Shown here one piece after another: positions 48,669 to 59,583 of a stretch of DNA of 64,000 nt (within the stretch, counting starts at the first letter, position 1; every line of letters begins with the position of its first letter). Source of the stretch: Litorivicinus sp. (GTDB lineage Bacteria > Pseudomonadota > Gammaproteobacteria > Pseudomonadales > Litorivicinaceae). The stretch spans positions 115,366 to 179,365 of the forward strand of contig JAOLBK010000002.1 of assembly GCA_028339155.1 (NCBI GenBank), read 5' to 3'. The notes beneath the pieces were generated by a model that saw only the letters and a program-made list of their open reading frames with translations, made no database searches and was not told the origin of the DNA. Both the position numbers and the translations under genes were made by a program.

Positions 48669-48941
48669 TTGAATATCCTTACGTAAAACGTAATTATAGT
48701 CGTTCAAGGCACTGCGTAGTTAAGCTAAAATGGAATTACTTCAATGGAGTAATGACTCTAATTTAGTAATAGATATCTTTTATATAGGATAAGTTGTCCT
48801 AAAAATACGCGAAATAATCTTAAATAACGAAGTTTATCCAAAGTGAGTTTTTAGTTGGTGTTTGCTCATAGTTGTTTAGAACAAAGCATGCCCCCACTGT
48901 TATGATTGGCTTTTTTTAAGCTGACTGACGAAGGCAATAAA

Positions 48942-49388
48942 ATGTTCGCTGTTTTAGGAAGATTAAACATATCGTGGCGTTGCAAGCACACGTGGAAGAT
49001 GGCTTCTTTTAATACGGGATGGTGTCTAATCGGCTGCTCCATTGGAGATTTTGGCACCATTGCATATGCGCAGTTTGCCGGGCTAACGTGGCCGGTTTGG
49101 CAAATTATGGGGTTGGCTATTGTTAATGGGTTGCTGACGTCAATTATTCTTGAAACCATTATTTTGTCGAGGCAGATGCTCGTTGCGCTCGCTTTTAAAA
49201 CTGCAATTGGGATGTCAATGATTTCAATGGTTGCTATGGAATTGGCTATGAATCTCACGGATGTAATGCTTACGGGCGGTGCTGTGCTTAATTGGTGGGT
49301 GATACCCTTTATGTTGACAGCAGGATTCTTGGCACCGCTTCCATATAATTATTGGCGATTAAAAGCGTTAGGCAAGGGATGTCATTGA
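48942..49388 (+). CDS. DUF4396-like membrane protein
   Basis: NTGWCLIGCSIGDFG, SMVAME, GFLAPLPYNYWRL...GCH. Confidence 0.75.
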   Translation: MFAVLGRLNISWRCKHTWKMASFNTGWCLIGCSIGDFGTIAYAQFAGLTWPVWQIMGLAIVNGLLTSIILETIILSRQMLVALAFKTAIGMSMISMVAMELAMNLTDVMLTGGAVLNWWVIPFMLTAGFLAPLPYNYWRLKALGKGCH

Positions 49389-49389
49389 T

Positions 49390-49833
49390 ATGAAAACACA
49401 CACAATCGGTCAGTTATGTTTGATTGTATTTGGAGCTATGATACTAGTCGGCTGCAATGCAAATGCGAATGGAATTCCGTACGAAGATTCAAAAAAAGTT
49501 GAGCAAGGGATGGCTGTTTACGAAGCCAACTGTGCCGGCTGCCATGGAGTAAATTTGGAGGGTCAGCCTAACTGGCAGACGCGAGATGCAGGAGGTTATC
49601 TGCCTGCTCCACCTCATGATGAAACCGGTCACACGTGGCATCACTCGGACCAAATGTTGTTTGAAATGACTAAGTACGGACCTCAGAAATTTGCTGGAGC
49701 GGATTACAAGTCTGCTATGCCGCCGTACGAAGGAATGCTGACGGATTCTGAAATTTGGAATGTGCTTGCATATATCAAATCCAAGTGGCCCGAAGCGATT
49801 AGGGCGCGTCATACAAAAGCATTTTTAAAGTGA
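49390..49833 (+). CDS. Cytochrome c (possible lipoprotein)
   Basis: CAGCH heme motif, APPHDETGHTWHH, MPPY; LVGC lipobox. Confidence 0.9.
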   Translation: MKTHTIGQLCLIVFGAMILVGCNANANGIPYEDSKKVEQGMAVYEANCAGCHGVNLEGQPNWQTRDAGGYLPAPPHDETGHTWHHSDQMLFEMTKYGPQKFAGADYKSAMPPYEGMLTDSEIWNVLAYIKSKWPEAIRARHTKAFLK

Positions 49834-50068
49834 ATCAATAATAAGTGGCATGAACATCTTTCTGTTTGTAGTCAGAGGAGGTTTGTTAGCTCTGGATTGT
49901 GAGGTAAGTGTATAAATTATGTGGAGACAAGAATCCGCTAAGGGATTAAAATAAAGCCATATTCGCGGTCTCAATTTATTTAAATCAAGTAGAGTCGCTC
50001 CTCATTAAACTGCAGGCGAATTCTTTAGAGTCTTCGTAGCATCTATGTAATTTTGGAAAATAGAGATC

Positions 50069-50218
50069 ATGAAAGAAATAATTGTTGTTGTGGTATTGGT
50101 ATTTGGCGGTAGTGGTCTAGTTTTGGCTTACTTGGGAAGTGGTGAAAATCGAAATATTGGTTTTAATAACGGTCAGTGCTCTAAAAGTCAGCAATTATGT
50201 GGGGTAACTTGGAAGTGA
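50069..50218 (+). CDS. Small membrane protein (49 aa) not in ORF track
   Basis: MKEIIVVVVLVFGGSGLVLAYLGSGENRNIGFNNGQCSKSQQLCGVTWK; GAGA upstream. Confidence 0.45.
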   Translation: MKEIIVVVVLVFGGSGLVLAYLGSGENRNIGFNNGQCSKSQQLCGVTWK

Positions 50219-50436
50219 GGAGTTTTCAGCATTAAAAAGTATCGCCGATGGATTAGGCGTATATCGATTAATACTTCAGAGCTCTTATTCTTTATTCCCA
50301 AAAAAATAAGTGAAACTTCTAGGGTCTAAGGAATAAATCGTGCAGCTTCTTAGAACCGATTTTCTAAACTAGGGTAGATGGCAGTTCAAATTAACTTTTT
50401 GATGGCAACTGACTTTCAGTAAACACGCTGTGAAAA

Positions 50437-50513
<77 letters not shown>

Positions 50514-50735
50514 ATAACTAGGGCAGGAATAGTACACAAAACTGTCATTGATCGCACTGTCTGATTCTCTAATTTCAAGTGTATCAAATGCCTAATCCTT
50601 TTGGCCATTGAGCCCTCGAATACATTCAAGTATCCATTCAGAGATGGATTCTGTAAAATCGTCAATTATATTTTATAAGCGTGACTTAATTCTGAGGCCT
50701 GTTGATGCGCGGACTGAAGGACGAGAACTTTTCCT

Positions 50736-51404
50736 ATGAATGAATTATTACAGCGCAGCTTGTCAGGCACTGTCCAGAATCAGATTGAGGAGCTGCTATT
50801 GCAAGGAAAGCTGCAGGGCGGCGATAAGCTGAATGAGGTAGAGCTTGCGGAATTATTTGGCACAAGTCGTGGCCCAATACGAGAAGCTTGTAAGGGCTTA
50901 GTCCAAGCTGGATTGCTTACGGCAATCCCTAACCGAGGTGTCTTCGTACGGAAAATGGATTTGCGCGAGGTGCTCGAGGTTTACGACATTCGGGCGTTTC
51001 TGGATCAATTGATCGGCCAGCTTGCGGCAATGCAGGGATCGGAAAGGCAAATCGAGGAATTAGTTCAAATTCATACCCGCTTGAGTGCCGCTGTTCAGTT
51101 AGACGACTTTGAACAGTACTATCCGGAAAATTTAGCATTTCACCAAAAGCTTCTGGAAATGACGGGCAGCCAGCGGCTTACTGCGATGTATTCCTCCCTT
51201 GTTAAAGAATTACATTTATTCCGCCGGAAAGGCTTGATCCAGCGCGGCTCTATGGACGTGTCGAATGCCGAACACGAACTTATCTTACAAGCAATTACGG
51301 CAAAGGATCCGATTCGTACTGGATTGGCAATGAAAAATCATGTGATGACCGCCAAACAGCGGCTGATTATGGCTATTGAACAGCAGACGTCTGAAACTGT
51401 ATGA
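50736..51404 (+). CDS. GntR-family (FCD) transcriptional regulator
   Basis: LNEVELAELFGTSRGPIREA, PNRGVFV, NLAFH, EHELIL. Confidence 0.92.
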   Translation: MNELLQRSLSGTVQNQIEELLLQGKLQGGDKLNEVELAELFGTSRGPIREACKGLVQAGLLTAIPNRGVFVRKMDLREVLEVYDIRAFLDQLIGQLAAMQGSERQIEELVQIHTRLSAAVQLDDFEQYYPENLAFHQKLLEMTGSQRLTAMYSSLVKELHLFRRKGLIQRGSMDVSNAEHELILQAITAKDPIRTGLAMKNHVMTAKQRLIMAIEQQTSETV

Positions 51405-51413
51405 ATACCCTTA

Positions 51414-52196
51414 TTACATGCCCTTGAATACCGGAACTCGCTTTTCCATGAATGCTGTGCGTCCTTCTTTATAGTCCTCGCTTGCGAAGCAGTCATTGAC
51501 CATTTGATCGCAGGCATCCAGGTCTCGGTGATCTGGATCGCTAAGTACTTGTGTAGAGATAAATTTCATACAGCGAACGGTTAAAGGAGCGTTCAGTCCG
51601 ATTTGGGTAGCGATCTTCGTCACTGCCTCTTCAAGTTTATCCTCGGGATACACATCTTGCACAAAGCCGATTTGAGCCGCTTTGTCTGCATCAATCCGCT
51701 CTGCGGTAAACATTAAATATTTAGCATTTGATGGGCCGATTGCATCCATTAGCCGCTGTATGGCATGGAATGGATATCCAAGAGCCAAGCGAGCGGCGGG
51801 CATTCCAAACTGTGCTTTCGTCGAGCATATCCGAATGTCACAACAAACGGCTAAATTTAAGCCGCCGCCCAGGCAATATCCATTAACCTGAGCAATGGTT
51901 GGCTTTGGAAAATTCGCAATTCGTTCGTAGATTTTTCGGATGCGCGTATTGTAGTTTTTTGTTGCCTCATCCGATCCACGCTCTTTTTCAAATTTTGAGA
52001 TATCGGCACCACTGACGAAAGATTTACCCCCAGCTCCTGTGAGCACGACCACTCGGATAGACGGGTCTGATTCAAACTGGTCAAGAATCTCATCGGTTGC
52101 ATCCCACATTTCCAGTGACACTGCATTATGACGCTCAGGATTATTGAAAATAAGATAACCGGTCGCGCCTTCAATGCGCGAGAGCATTTTATTCAT
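51414..52196 (-). CDS. Enoyl-CoA hydratase/isomerase
   Basis: FVSGADIS, GYCLGGG, SEDYKEGRTAFMEKRVPVFKG. Confidence 0.92.
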   Translation of the reverse strand: MNKMLSRIEGATGYLIFNNPERHNAVSLEMWDATDEILDQFESDPSIRVVVLTGAGGKSFVSGADISKFEKERGSDEATKNYNTRIRKIYERIANFPKPTIAQVNGYCLGGGLNLAVCCDIRICSTKAQFGMPAARLALGYPFHAIQRLMDAIGPSNAKYLMFTAERIDADKAAQIGFVQDVYPEDKLEEAVTKIATQIGLNAPLTVRCMKFISTQVLSDPDHRDLDACDQMVNDCFASEDYKEGRTAFMEKRVPVFKGM

Positions 52197-52209
52197 GGGT
52201 GGCAGTTCC

Positions 52210-53397
52210 TTAAATTATGTTGTTGGCACGTAGTTGATTAAAATCATTGATTCCAAGCTCATTTAAAATCTCTTCAGTATGCTCTCCGCGCGCTGGTGGG
52301 TGAGTCGCGATGTGGCTCGGAGTGCGATTCATAGTGAAGGGTTGTCCCACCAACTTTGTTTTACCAAATGGTAGCGTGTTAGCGTCAGCGGCAATACCAA
52401 GATGCCGAACTTGTGGATCGTCGAATACTTCATCCATGGTGTAGATGGGCCCGGCCGGCACGCCTTTTTCGAGCAATAGATCGACCCAGTAATGACTAGA
52501 ATTCGTTTGGGTTATTTGTGCGATCAATTCATTCATGATCTTCCGATTTCCAGATCTATCCTCGTTGGTCGCAAAGCGCGGATCTTCGATCCATTCAGGA
52601 TGTCCAAGCGCAATAGCGCACCGCTGCCATATGGCCTCGCCAGCGCATGCAATATTAATTGTGCCATCTGTTGTCGGAAACACCCCAGTGGGGATGCTGG
52701 TCGGATGATCATTGCCAGCTTGTTTTGGAATATCGCCTTGCGTAAGCCAGCGAGCCGCTTGAAAGTCGAGCATAAAAATTTGTGATTGAAGGAGGCTGGT
52801 TTGCACCCATTGCCCCTCTCCTGAGCGCTCGCGCTCGTACAATGCAGTCAGCACACCCATCGCACAAAATAAGCCCGCACATAGATCTGCGATCGGGATG
52901 CCCACGCGCATGGGTCCACCCCCCGGTTCGCCTGTGATCGACATTAACCCACCCATTCCCTGAGCGATTTGGTCAAAACCCGGCCGTTTTGCATAAGGGC
53001 CATCTTGGCCAAAACCAGAAATGCTTCCTAAGATTATTCTGGGATTTATGTCGCGAAGTGATTCGTAGTCCAGACCAAGCCGATTTTTGACGTCTGGACG
53101 AAAATTCTCGATTACCACATCCGCCGTTTTGATCAGTTCTCTTAAAACGTTGATGCCGCCCTCTGTCTTGAGATTGAGCGTGATACTGCGCTTGTTGCGT
53201 TGAAGATTCTGGAAGTCCGCGGTGTCTCTTCCCGCTCCTAGCGCGCCGTCGGGTTCAACTGATTCAGGTGGCTCTACCTTAATGACATCGGCGCCCCAGT
53301 CAGCAAATTGTCGAGCGGCTGTGGGCCCTGACCTGACTCGGGAAAGGTCAATCACACGGATATCTTTTAGCGCATCAGATGCTTTTGGAATAGTCAT
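52210..53397 (-). CDS. CaiB/BaiF family III CoA-transferase
   Basis: GADVIKVE, RNKRSITLNLK, ENFRP, GFDQIAQGMGG; ATG 53397 overlaps upstream stop. Confidence 0.92.
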   Translation of the reverse strand: MTIPKASDALKDIRVIDLSRVRSGPTAARQFADWGADVIKVEPPESVEPDGALGAGRDTADFQNLQRNKRSITLNLKTEGGINVLRELIKTADVVIENFRPDVKNRLGLDYESLRDINPRIILGSISGFGQDGPYAKRPGFDQIAQGMGGLMSITGEPGGGPMRVGIPIADLCAGLFCAMGVLTALYERERSGEGQWVQTSLLQSQIFMLDFQAARWLTQGDIPKQAGNDHPTSIPTGVFPTTDGTINIACAGEAIWQRCAIALGHPEWIEDPRFATNEDRSGNRKIMNELIAQITQTNSSHYWVDLLLEKGVPAGPIYTMDEVFDDPQVRHLGIAADANTLPFGKTKLVGQPFTMNRTPSHIATHPPARGEHTEEILNELGINDFNQLRANNII

Positions 53398-54776
53398 GTT
53401 TCCCCCCCGATTTGACCGAGTGCTGTGATGCACTTCTGGGTGCTGCTATCGGCCGTAAAGAGTTGTTTGATTTGTTGTTTAGCTGCTTTGGCATCATTAG
53501 TGGTTATGCCTGCGAACTCTAAATTTCCGTGGAATTTGGTCTCGAGTTCTTCGTCTGACATGGGTTCTTTTTGACCACCCCGTAAGCACTGTTGTTTAAA
53601 AGAATGTTTCTGCCCGTCTGCTGTCCAGATGTCAATCCGGCCAATATAGTTTGTCGGATAGGGATCATCCGGATTGACTTCGTAGGTTATTTTTTCTGTT
53701 ATTTGCTCTATATCCGATGAGGCGAGGCGTTGTTCAGTGAACTCCTGAAGGCCTGCCTTCTGATCTAATAAGCCGACCGCGATGCAGTAGGGCACCGAAA
53801 ATTTCGCTCCATAAGGTGAGGAGGGGTTTCTTTTTTCGTTGAGGGGCTCCCACAATCTGTGCACTGTTCCTTCGCCCACAAATGCATGAATTGATGCAAT
53901 CTGATCAACGGCAATCGCTTTGCTTGCTTGGATTGCGCAGTCCACAAATGGCTGTGTCATGGTCCCGCAGGCGTAAGGCTTAAATGCGAGGCCTTCACAA
54001 AACCAACGCTTTCCGAAAGATTCTAAATAGCTGAAATCCTGAGGAATGGCATTTGATGCGAATCCTTTAAACACACCATGAACGCCCTCAAAGACTGTTC
54101 GAGGGCCCAGGAAGCCATTTTTCGCCATCGCCGCGGCCCTGACGCCAGCTGCTGCAGCCCAGCCGGGATGCATGCGTTTTGTCCATGTGCCCTCTGCTAA
54201 ATATTCAATAATACCGGATGCCATCGACCCGACGATTCCTAAGGCAGATGCGGTTTTTTTGTCATCCAGGCCCATGCCAATAGACGCGGTTAAAGCGGCT
54301 CCAAACGCGCCAAGTACAGCGGTTGGGTGAAATCCTTGGCGATGGACCGCAGTGGGCGCGACCAACGCCAGGCGACAAATCAGCTCACTGCCGGCCGCCA
54401 TAGCTTGGATCATCTTATCTGACGATAAATTATTTTTTTGGCCAATAGCGAAGATTACTGGAACGATAATTGAAGAAATGTGAACTGGTGTCCCTTCAAA
54501 AGTATCATCAAAATCTTCACCATGGATCGCCGTTCCATTGATTAAGCAGGCATCTTGTACCGTAAAGTGGGGCCCGTGCCCAAATGCGAAGCTTTCGCCA
54601 GAATCAAGGACTGATTTTACAATTGCTTGGACGTAATTAGTTTGCTTGGTGGATAGCATCAGTCCGTAGGCATCAATCGTAACTCGTTGGAGCATGGTTA
54701 CGACGGATTCTGGTATCGCTAAATGTGGATCACAGCCTGATTGTGCGATTTTTTCTGCGAAAGTCATTGGTGTCAT
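53394..54776 (-). CDS. MmgE/PrpD family protein
   Basis: NGTAIHGEDFDDT, GFHPT, KRMHPGWAA, FKPYACG, AKFSVPY. Confidence 0.9.
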   Translation of the reverse strand: MTPMTFAEKIAQSGCDPHLAIPESVVTMLQRVTIDAYGLMLSTKQTNYVQAIVKSVLDSGESFAFGHGPHFTVQDACLINGTAIHGEDFDDTFEGTPVHISSIIVPVIFAIGQKNNLSSDKMIQAMAAGSELICRLALVAPTAVHRQGFHPTAVLGAFGAALTASIGMGLDDKKTASALGIVGSMASGIIEYLAEGTWTKRMHPGWAAAAGVRAAAMAKNGFLGPRTVFEGVHGVFKGFASNAIPQDFSYLESFGKRWFCEGLAFKPYACGTMTQPFVDCAIQASKAIAVDQIASIHAFVGEGTVHRLWEPLNEKRNPSSPYGAKFSVPYCIAVGLLDQKAGLQEFTEQRLASSDIEQITEKITYEVNPDDPYPTNYIGRIDIWTADGQKHSFKQQCLRGGQKEPMSDEELETKFHGNLEFAGITTNDAKAAKQQIKQLFTADSSTQKCITALGQIGGET

Positions 54777-55513
54777 GGCAGATATGCACCACCATTGATG
54801 TGAATGGTTTGTCCGTTGATAAAACCGCTATTTTCTCCAACGAGCATGGAAATCATGCTTGCGATGTCGTCAGGCTGCCCGTAGGGCACATTCTTTCCTT
54901 CAAAGTTTGGATGTTTAAGCCGGGCACCTGTTTCTGCCGTGCGCTCTACCGTGATATGCCCAGGTACAATGCAATTAAACGTTATGTTGGTTTCGGCGAA
55001 TTCCACTGCTAGTGCTCTAACAAGTCCGGGAACAGCGGATTTGGATGCCACAACTGCGGCTCTTTGAAGTGCGCCAGTATGTGCAGATAAACCTCCAAGG
55101 CAAACTACGCGGCCCCAGCCTTTTTTAAGCATGTCAGGCAGAAAGCGTTGAGTGCATAGAAATTGAGCTTCGCAATTAATGCTGAAGACTTCTCGCCACT
55201 CTTCTAAAGTCATATCTAGGAATCCACAGGTTTTTCGCACCGAAGCATTATTTATTAAGATCTGACACGGGCCGATGCTTTGGGCTGTATCGTAAAGAGT
55301 TGCAATAGTTGATGGGTCTTCAAGGGCGCCGACAACACCTTCGCAAGACACGCCTACTTTACGGACCATGGCGATTGTTTTTGACAGGTTAGCTTGGTCT
55401 GAACCAGTGTGTAATACGATATGAAATCCAAGTGAGGCCAGTTTTAGTGCTGTTGCCCGGCCAATATTTCTAGCCGCACCAGTCAGTACAGCAACAGATG
55501 ATGGTTGCTTCAT
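54773..55513 (-). CDS. Short-chain dehydrogenase/reductase
   Basis: TGAARNIG, LINNAS, GQTIHINGG; catalytic YxxxK appears as VVASK. Confidence 0.85.
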   Translation of the reverse strand: MKQPSSVAVLTGAARNIGRATALKLASLGFHIVLHTGSDQANLSKTIAMVRKVGVSCEGVVGALEDPSTIATLYDTAQSIGPCQILINNASVRKTCGFLDMTLEEWREVFSINCEAQFLCTQRFLPDMLKKGWGRVVCLGGLSAHTGALQRAAVVASKSAVPGLVRALAVEFAETNITFNCIVPGHITVERTAETGARLKHPNFEGKNVPYGQPDDIASMISMLVGENSGFINGQTIHINGGAYLP

Positions 55514-56991
55514 GTGTTCGCCTTTTGCTTTCTGAAACCGGTCCAGAAAGGAGTCGAAAGGTTAATGAACGTCAATGCAAAAAAGAACAATACGATCGGA
55601 CTTTCCAAAAGCGCAAAGAAATTATTGTCATAAATGATCATTGATTGACTGAAGGCCTCTTCAACCAATTTACCGAGGATAAGACCCATCACAAGCGGTG
55701 CTGCTCCGAACCCGTGCCGGTTCATGAAATAGCCAATTAGCCCTGCTGTTAACATCACATAGACATCAATAAACGAAGAGCTGGCCGAGTAAGCGCCGAT
55801 CACTGAAAAAATAAATACTGCAGGCCACAAAAAAGTTTTTGGGACAAATGTAACGAGTGAGAAGAATTTGGCACCAACCAAGCCGATGGCTAAAAATGCG
55901 ATATTTGCAAAGAACATGGCACCAAAGATGGCATATACAAACTCGGGCGTTTCATTGATTAAATAGGGCCCAGGCCGGAATCCATGCATTATCAGTGCGG
56001 CTAAGATCAGCGCTGTTGACCCAGAGCCGGGAATTCCTAGCGCAAGTGTCGGTACCATAGCGCCACCTGCTGCTGCGTTATTTGCGGCCTCTGGTCCTAC
56101 AATGCCCTCAGGTGTTCCAGTGCCGAACTCGTGACTGACTTTACTAAAACGTTTAGCCTCGTTGTAGCCAACGATCGCGGCCACTGTCGAACCTTCGGCC
56201 GGCAGGATGCCGATAAAAGTACCAATTCCGGATGACCGAAGGATGACTCCTTTAAGGCTTTTTAGCTCAGCCCACGTTGGTAACTGCATAGCCTTCGCAT
56301 GGATCCGTTCGACGGCTTTGTTGAGAGTGCCTGATTGGCTGAGGAGTTCTCCCATCGCAAATAATCCGATTAATACCGGAACAAAATTAATGCCATCATC
56401 AAATTCTGGAATACCGAACGTGAACCGCTCAATACCAGTTGTCAAATGAATCCCGATCGTTGCCAGTAATACGCCTACGCCACCTGAGATGAGATTCCGT
56501 AGAGAACTTTTTCCTGTCATTGATGCCAGCATTGACAGTGCAAAAATGGCAAGAGCGAAATACTCTGGCGGCCTGAATTGAAGGGCGACAGAGGCAAGAG
56601 CTGGTGCTGCAAAGATAAAAACGATGAGGCTCAGTACCCCTCCGCAGACCGATGCAACCGTTGCTAAGCCAAGTGCCCGGCCAGGCTCTCCGCGTTTTGC
56701 CATTGGATAGCCATCGAGTGCAGTCGCTACAGATGGCGGCGCGCCAGGGGCATTGATAAGAATGGCTGTAATTGAGCCACCGAAGGTGCCTGCACAATAA
56801 AGTGCTGCGAGCATGGCTATGGCTGGAATGGGTTCTAACTGAATGGTGAATGGGGTCAGGAGTGCTATGGCCATTGGAGAACTTAGTCCGGGCAGTGCAC
56901 CGACTAAAACGCCAATCAGGACTCCGAAAGTAATTAACATAATATTGTCGAATTCTAGAAGTAGCGAAAGGCCCAGAATAACTGCATCCAT
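55510..56991 (-). CDS. tctA: Tripartite tricarboxylate transporter TctA
   Basis: GALPGL, GGSITAILINAPG, ALDGYPMAKRG, EAANNA, LALGIPGS. Confidence 0.93.
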   Translation of the reverse strand: MDAVILGLSLLLEFDNIMLITFGVLIGVLVGALPGLSSPMAIALLTPFTIQLEPIPAIAMLAALYCAGTFGGSITAILINAPGAPPSVATALDGYPMAKRGEPGRALGLATVASVCGGVLSLIVFIFAAPALASVALQFRPPEYFALAIFALSMLASMTGKSSLRNLISGGVGVLLATIGIHLTTGIERFTFGIPEFDDGINFVPVLIGLFAMGELLSQSGTLNKAVERIHAKAMQLPTWAELKSLKGVILRSSGIGTFIGILPAEGSTVAAIVGYNEAKRFSKVSHEFGTGTPEGIVGPEAANNAAAGGAMVPTLALGIPGSGSTALILAALIMHGFRPGPYLINETPEFVYAIFGAMFFANIAFLAIGLVGAKFFSLVTFVPKTFLWPAVFIFSVIGAYSASSSFIDVYVMLTAGLIGYFMNRHGFGAAPLVMGLILGKLVEEAFSQSMIIYDNNFFALLESPIVLFFFALTFINLSTPFWTGFRKQKANT

Positions 56992-57020
56992 TTTTGTTAT
57001 ACCTTATTAATTTATTGTTA

Positions 57021-57560
57021 CTAGAGTGCGACCCCAAAAAGGCCGGGGTCAAAATAAACACTTAAAACTTTTGAAAATAGCAATACGACCAATACTGGAA
57101 ATACGGTCGCAAACATCAAAATGGGGACGATTTTTTTCTGGCCCCAAAGACGCGGCATGATCAGGCTAATAGCGATCATGGTTAGCAATATACCGAGCGT
57201 CTCAGCCGCTGCGACAATTGCTATGAGAAATGCCATGGTGAAAAGTGTGAGTCGCGGAATTCCATCTCGACGTTCTTTGTCAATATCTTTTCCCTTTCTC
57301 GTCAAGAGAATGTGTTCGAAGGGAAGAAATACAGCCAAGGTTCCGATAATGATCAAAAGTATTTGCGGATACATTGAGGGCTGAATGTTTTGCGCGAACA
57401 TCGGTGCGACTTCAGCGAATGTTGTCGTTTCATAAAAAAGGTAGCTTACTCCTGAGAGAATGATCAGGGTTACAACGAGGTCGACGGGGTGCACGAGCCC
57501 AATGGCTCGTGCATTTCCCGAAGACGGAGTTGGTGTTTGTATTGATTCAGTCATCACCAA
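57021..57560 (-). CDS. tctB: TctB family small membrane subunit
   Basis: Four TM segments, P..YP, between tctC and tctA. Confidence 0.85.
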   Translation of the reverse strand: MVMTESIQTPTPSSGNARAIGLVHPVDLVVTLIILSGVSYLFYETTTFAEVAPMFAQNIQPSMYPQILLIIIGTLAVFLPFEHILLTRKGKDIDKERRDGIPRLTLFTMAFLIAIVAAAETLGILLTMIAISLIMPRLWGQKKIVPILMFATVFPVLVVLLFSKVLSVYFDPGLFGVAL

Positions 57561-57572
57561 TCTCCGGATTAT

Positions 57573-58571
57573 TTATTTGATAATGCCAAGTTCTTTGAGC
57601 GCGGCGGAAGCTTTTGCGTATTCTTCCTTTAGATGCTTGTCCCAGATATCGGTGCCAGCCACGCTGCTTTCCACGCTAAGACCGGCTGTTGCTAGATAGT
57701 TACCAAACACTTCATGTTTCATGGCTTTCACAATATTTTTGGAAAGTGCCTCGATGATTGGCTTCGGTGTGCTAGCAAGCACTGCGTATCCACGTGTCGT
57801 CGACGTTTTAACCTTGTAGCCAAGTTCATAAGAACTTCGCACGTCCGGGTAGTCGCCTAGACGCTTTTCGGCCAGTAGAACAAGCGGAATAATAGAGCCG
57901 TCAGCGATCATGTTTGCCGCTTCACTCACGTTTGGAAGGGTGGCGTCAATAGCTCCTGATCGCAGGGCTAGAAGCATCTCTCCACCAGAGCCGAAAGGTA
58001 CCACTTTGAATTTCATCCCGGCGGCTTTTGCTAACTGAGCTAAGCCAATATGCTCGGTGCCACCAATCTGAGCAACGCCAAAGTTAAGCGCTCTTTTCTT
58101 CGAAAGGGCAACTAAGTCTTCCATAGTTTTGGCCTCACTTTCTTTTCGAACGACAAGAAAAGTCGGATCATCCATGGCGCGAACGATGCCAGTAATGTCA
58201 TCAATTTTCATATCTGACTTACCTTGCGCCATTGTGTACAAGTGCGACTGGGTCAATGCCATGATGGTGTGACCATCGGCTGGCTTTGTTAAGACATAGT
58301 TCTGTGCTTTGGCTCCTGAACCGCCACGTTTGCTCACTACATACATGTCGGTGTCTAAGGTTCGTCTCGAGCGTATCATCATCATACGTGCTGTAACGTC
58401 GGTGCCACCGCCATATGATGAGTGAATTACCACCTCGATTGGTCGATCGGAAAAGTCGATCGATTTCTTACCTTTTTTATCACCATGCGACGCCGCGAAG
58501 GCGGTAGAAGACAGAGCGAATGCGGTACAGGCTACTAGTGTTGCTGTTTTGATCAATTGTGTAGGAATCAT
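57573..58571 (-). CDS. tctC: TctC/Bug substrate-binding protein
   Basis: RPIEVVI...GGGTD, GGSG, PADGHT, VPFGSGGE. Confidence 0.9.
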   Translation of the reverse strand: MIPTQLIKTATLVACTAFALSSTAFAASHGDKKGKKSIDFSDRPIEVVIHSSYGGGTDVTARMMMIRSRRTLDTDMYVVSKRGGSGAKAQNYVLTKPADGHTIMALTQSHLYTMAQGKSDMKIDDITGIVRAMDDPTFLVVRKESEAKTMEDLVALSKKRALNFGVAQIGGTEHIGLAQLAKAAGMKFKVVPFGSGGEMLLALRSGAIDATLPNVSEAANMIADGSIIPLVLLAEKRLGDYPDVRSSYELGYKVKTSTTRGYAVLASTPKPIIEALSKNIVKAMKHEVFGNYLATAGLSVESSVAGTDIWDKHLKEEYAKASAALKELGIIK

Positions 58572-58660
58572 GCTGTTCCCCTTGTTATAAGTTTAAGTTC
58601 GAACTGTTTAGAGATGTATAGACAACTCCGTTAAACTAGGTTCTCTTGGGCCGGCATGCA

Positions 58661-58745
58661 TTGTCAACATATGTTAGCAAATTTTTCGTTATATCTTAGC
58701 GATGCTCCATATTATATGGTGTCATTAGATTTAAGTTGTTAACAA
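58661..58745. promoter_or_regulatory. Candidate GntR/FadR operator boxes in divergent promoter region
   Basis: TTGTTAACAA (58736-58745) perfect palindrome; related TTGTCAACAT and ATGTTAGCAA at 58661-58680. Confidence 0.5.
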
Positions 58746-58755
58746 TGAGAATTCT

Positions 58756-59583
58756 GTGGATGCAATTGATTCAGATTGTTTGATTATTTTGCCGGGCGTC
58801 TACGACGGACTTGGTGCTTCGATTGCCAGGCACGTCGGGTGCCAAGCGATTTATGCGAGCGGTGGTGCAATAGCGCGAAGTTTTGGGTTGCCTGATCTTG
58901 GTTTAGTTTCCATGACCGAAATGGGTGCGAGGCTCGATACTATAGTCCGGGCATTTGATGGCCCGGTCATCGCTGATGGGGATACTGGTTACGGTGATGT
59001 TCAGCACGTACGGCGAATGATCCAAACTTTCGAGTCTGCAGGGATTCGAGGAGTGCATATTGAGGATCAGGATTTTCCGAAGCGTTGCGGCCATCTTGAT
59101 GGTAAGCGACTGATTTCATCGTCTGATATGGCAAGAAAAATTGCGGCTGCTGTTAATGCACGGGAGTCGCTCGACTTTCTAATTATAGGCCGCACAGATG
59201 CGATTGCTGTAGAGGGTTTTGATTTTGCTGTCGAGCGTGCCCGGTCCATGATAGATGCCGGTGCAGACGTTATTTTTATTGAAGCTCCTGAAACTTTGGA
59301 TCAACTAAAGACTATTCCGACGCTATTTAATGTCCCCGTCATGATTAATATGTTCCCAGGTGGGAAAACGCCATATACACCTCCGGCTGATCTTCAATCC
59401 TGGGGTTATCGCTACATGATTGTACCGTCTGATATTCAAAGAGCCTGTATTCAAGCGACCGAGCAGATTCTTCAAGCTATTAGAGCCGATGGTAATTCGT
59501 CAGGAGTCGCCAATTTGCTGTGTCCTCTGGCGGACCGCGATCGTGTAGTTGATCAAGATCGGTGGCTGGAGAAACCTGAATGA
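58756..59583 (+). CDS. Isocitrate lyase/PEP mutase family lyase
   Basis: GLPDLG, ADGDTGYG, HIEDQDFPKRCGH, RTDA, GADVIFIE. Confidence 0.9.
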   Translation: MDAIDSDCLIILPGVYDGLGASIARHVGCQAIYASGGAIARSFGLPDLGLVSMTEMGARLDTIVRAFDGPVIADGDTGYGDVQHVRRMIQTFESAGIRGVHIEDQDFPKRCGHLDGKRLISSSDMARKIAAAVNARESLDFLIIGRTDAIAVEGFDFAVERARSMIDAGADVIFIEAPETLDQLKTIPTLFNVPVMINMFPGGKTPYTPPADLQSWGYRYMIVPSDIQRACIQATEQILQAIRADGNSSGVANLLCPLADRDRVVDQDRWLEKPE

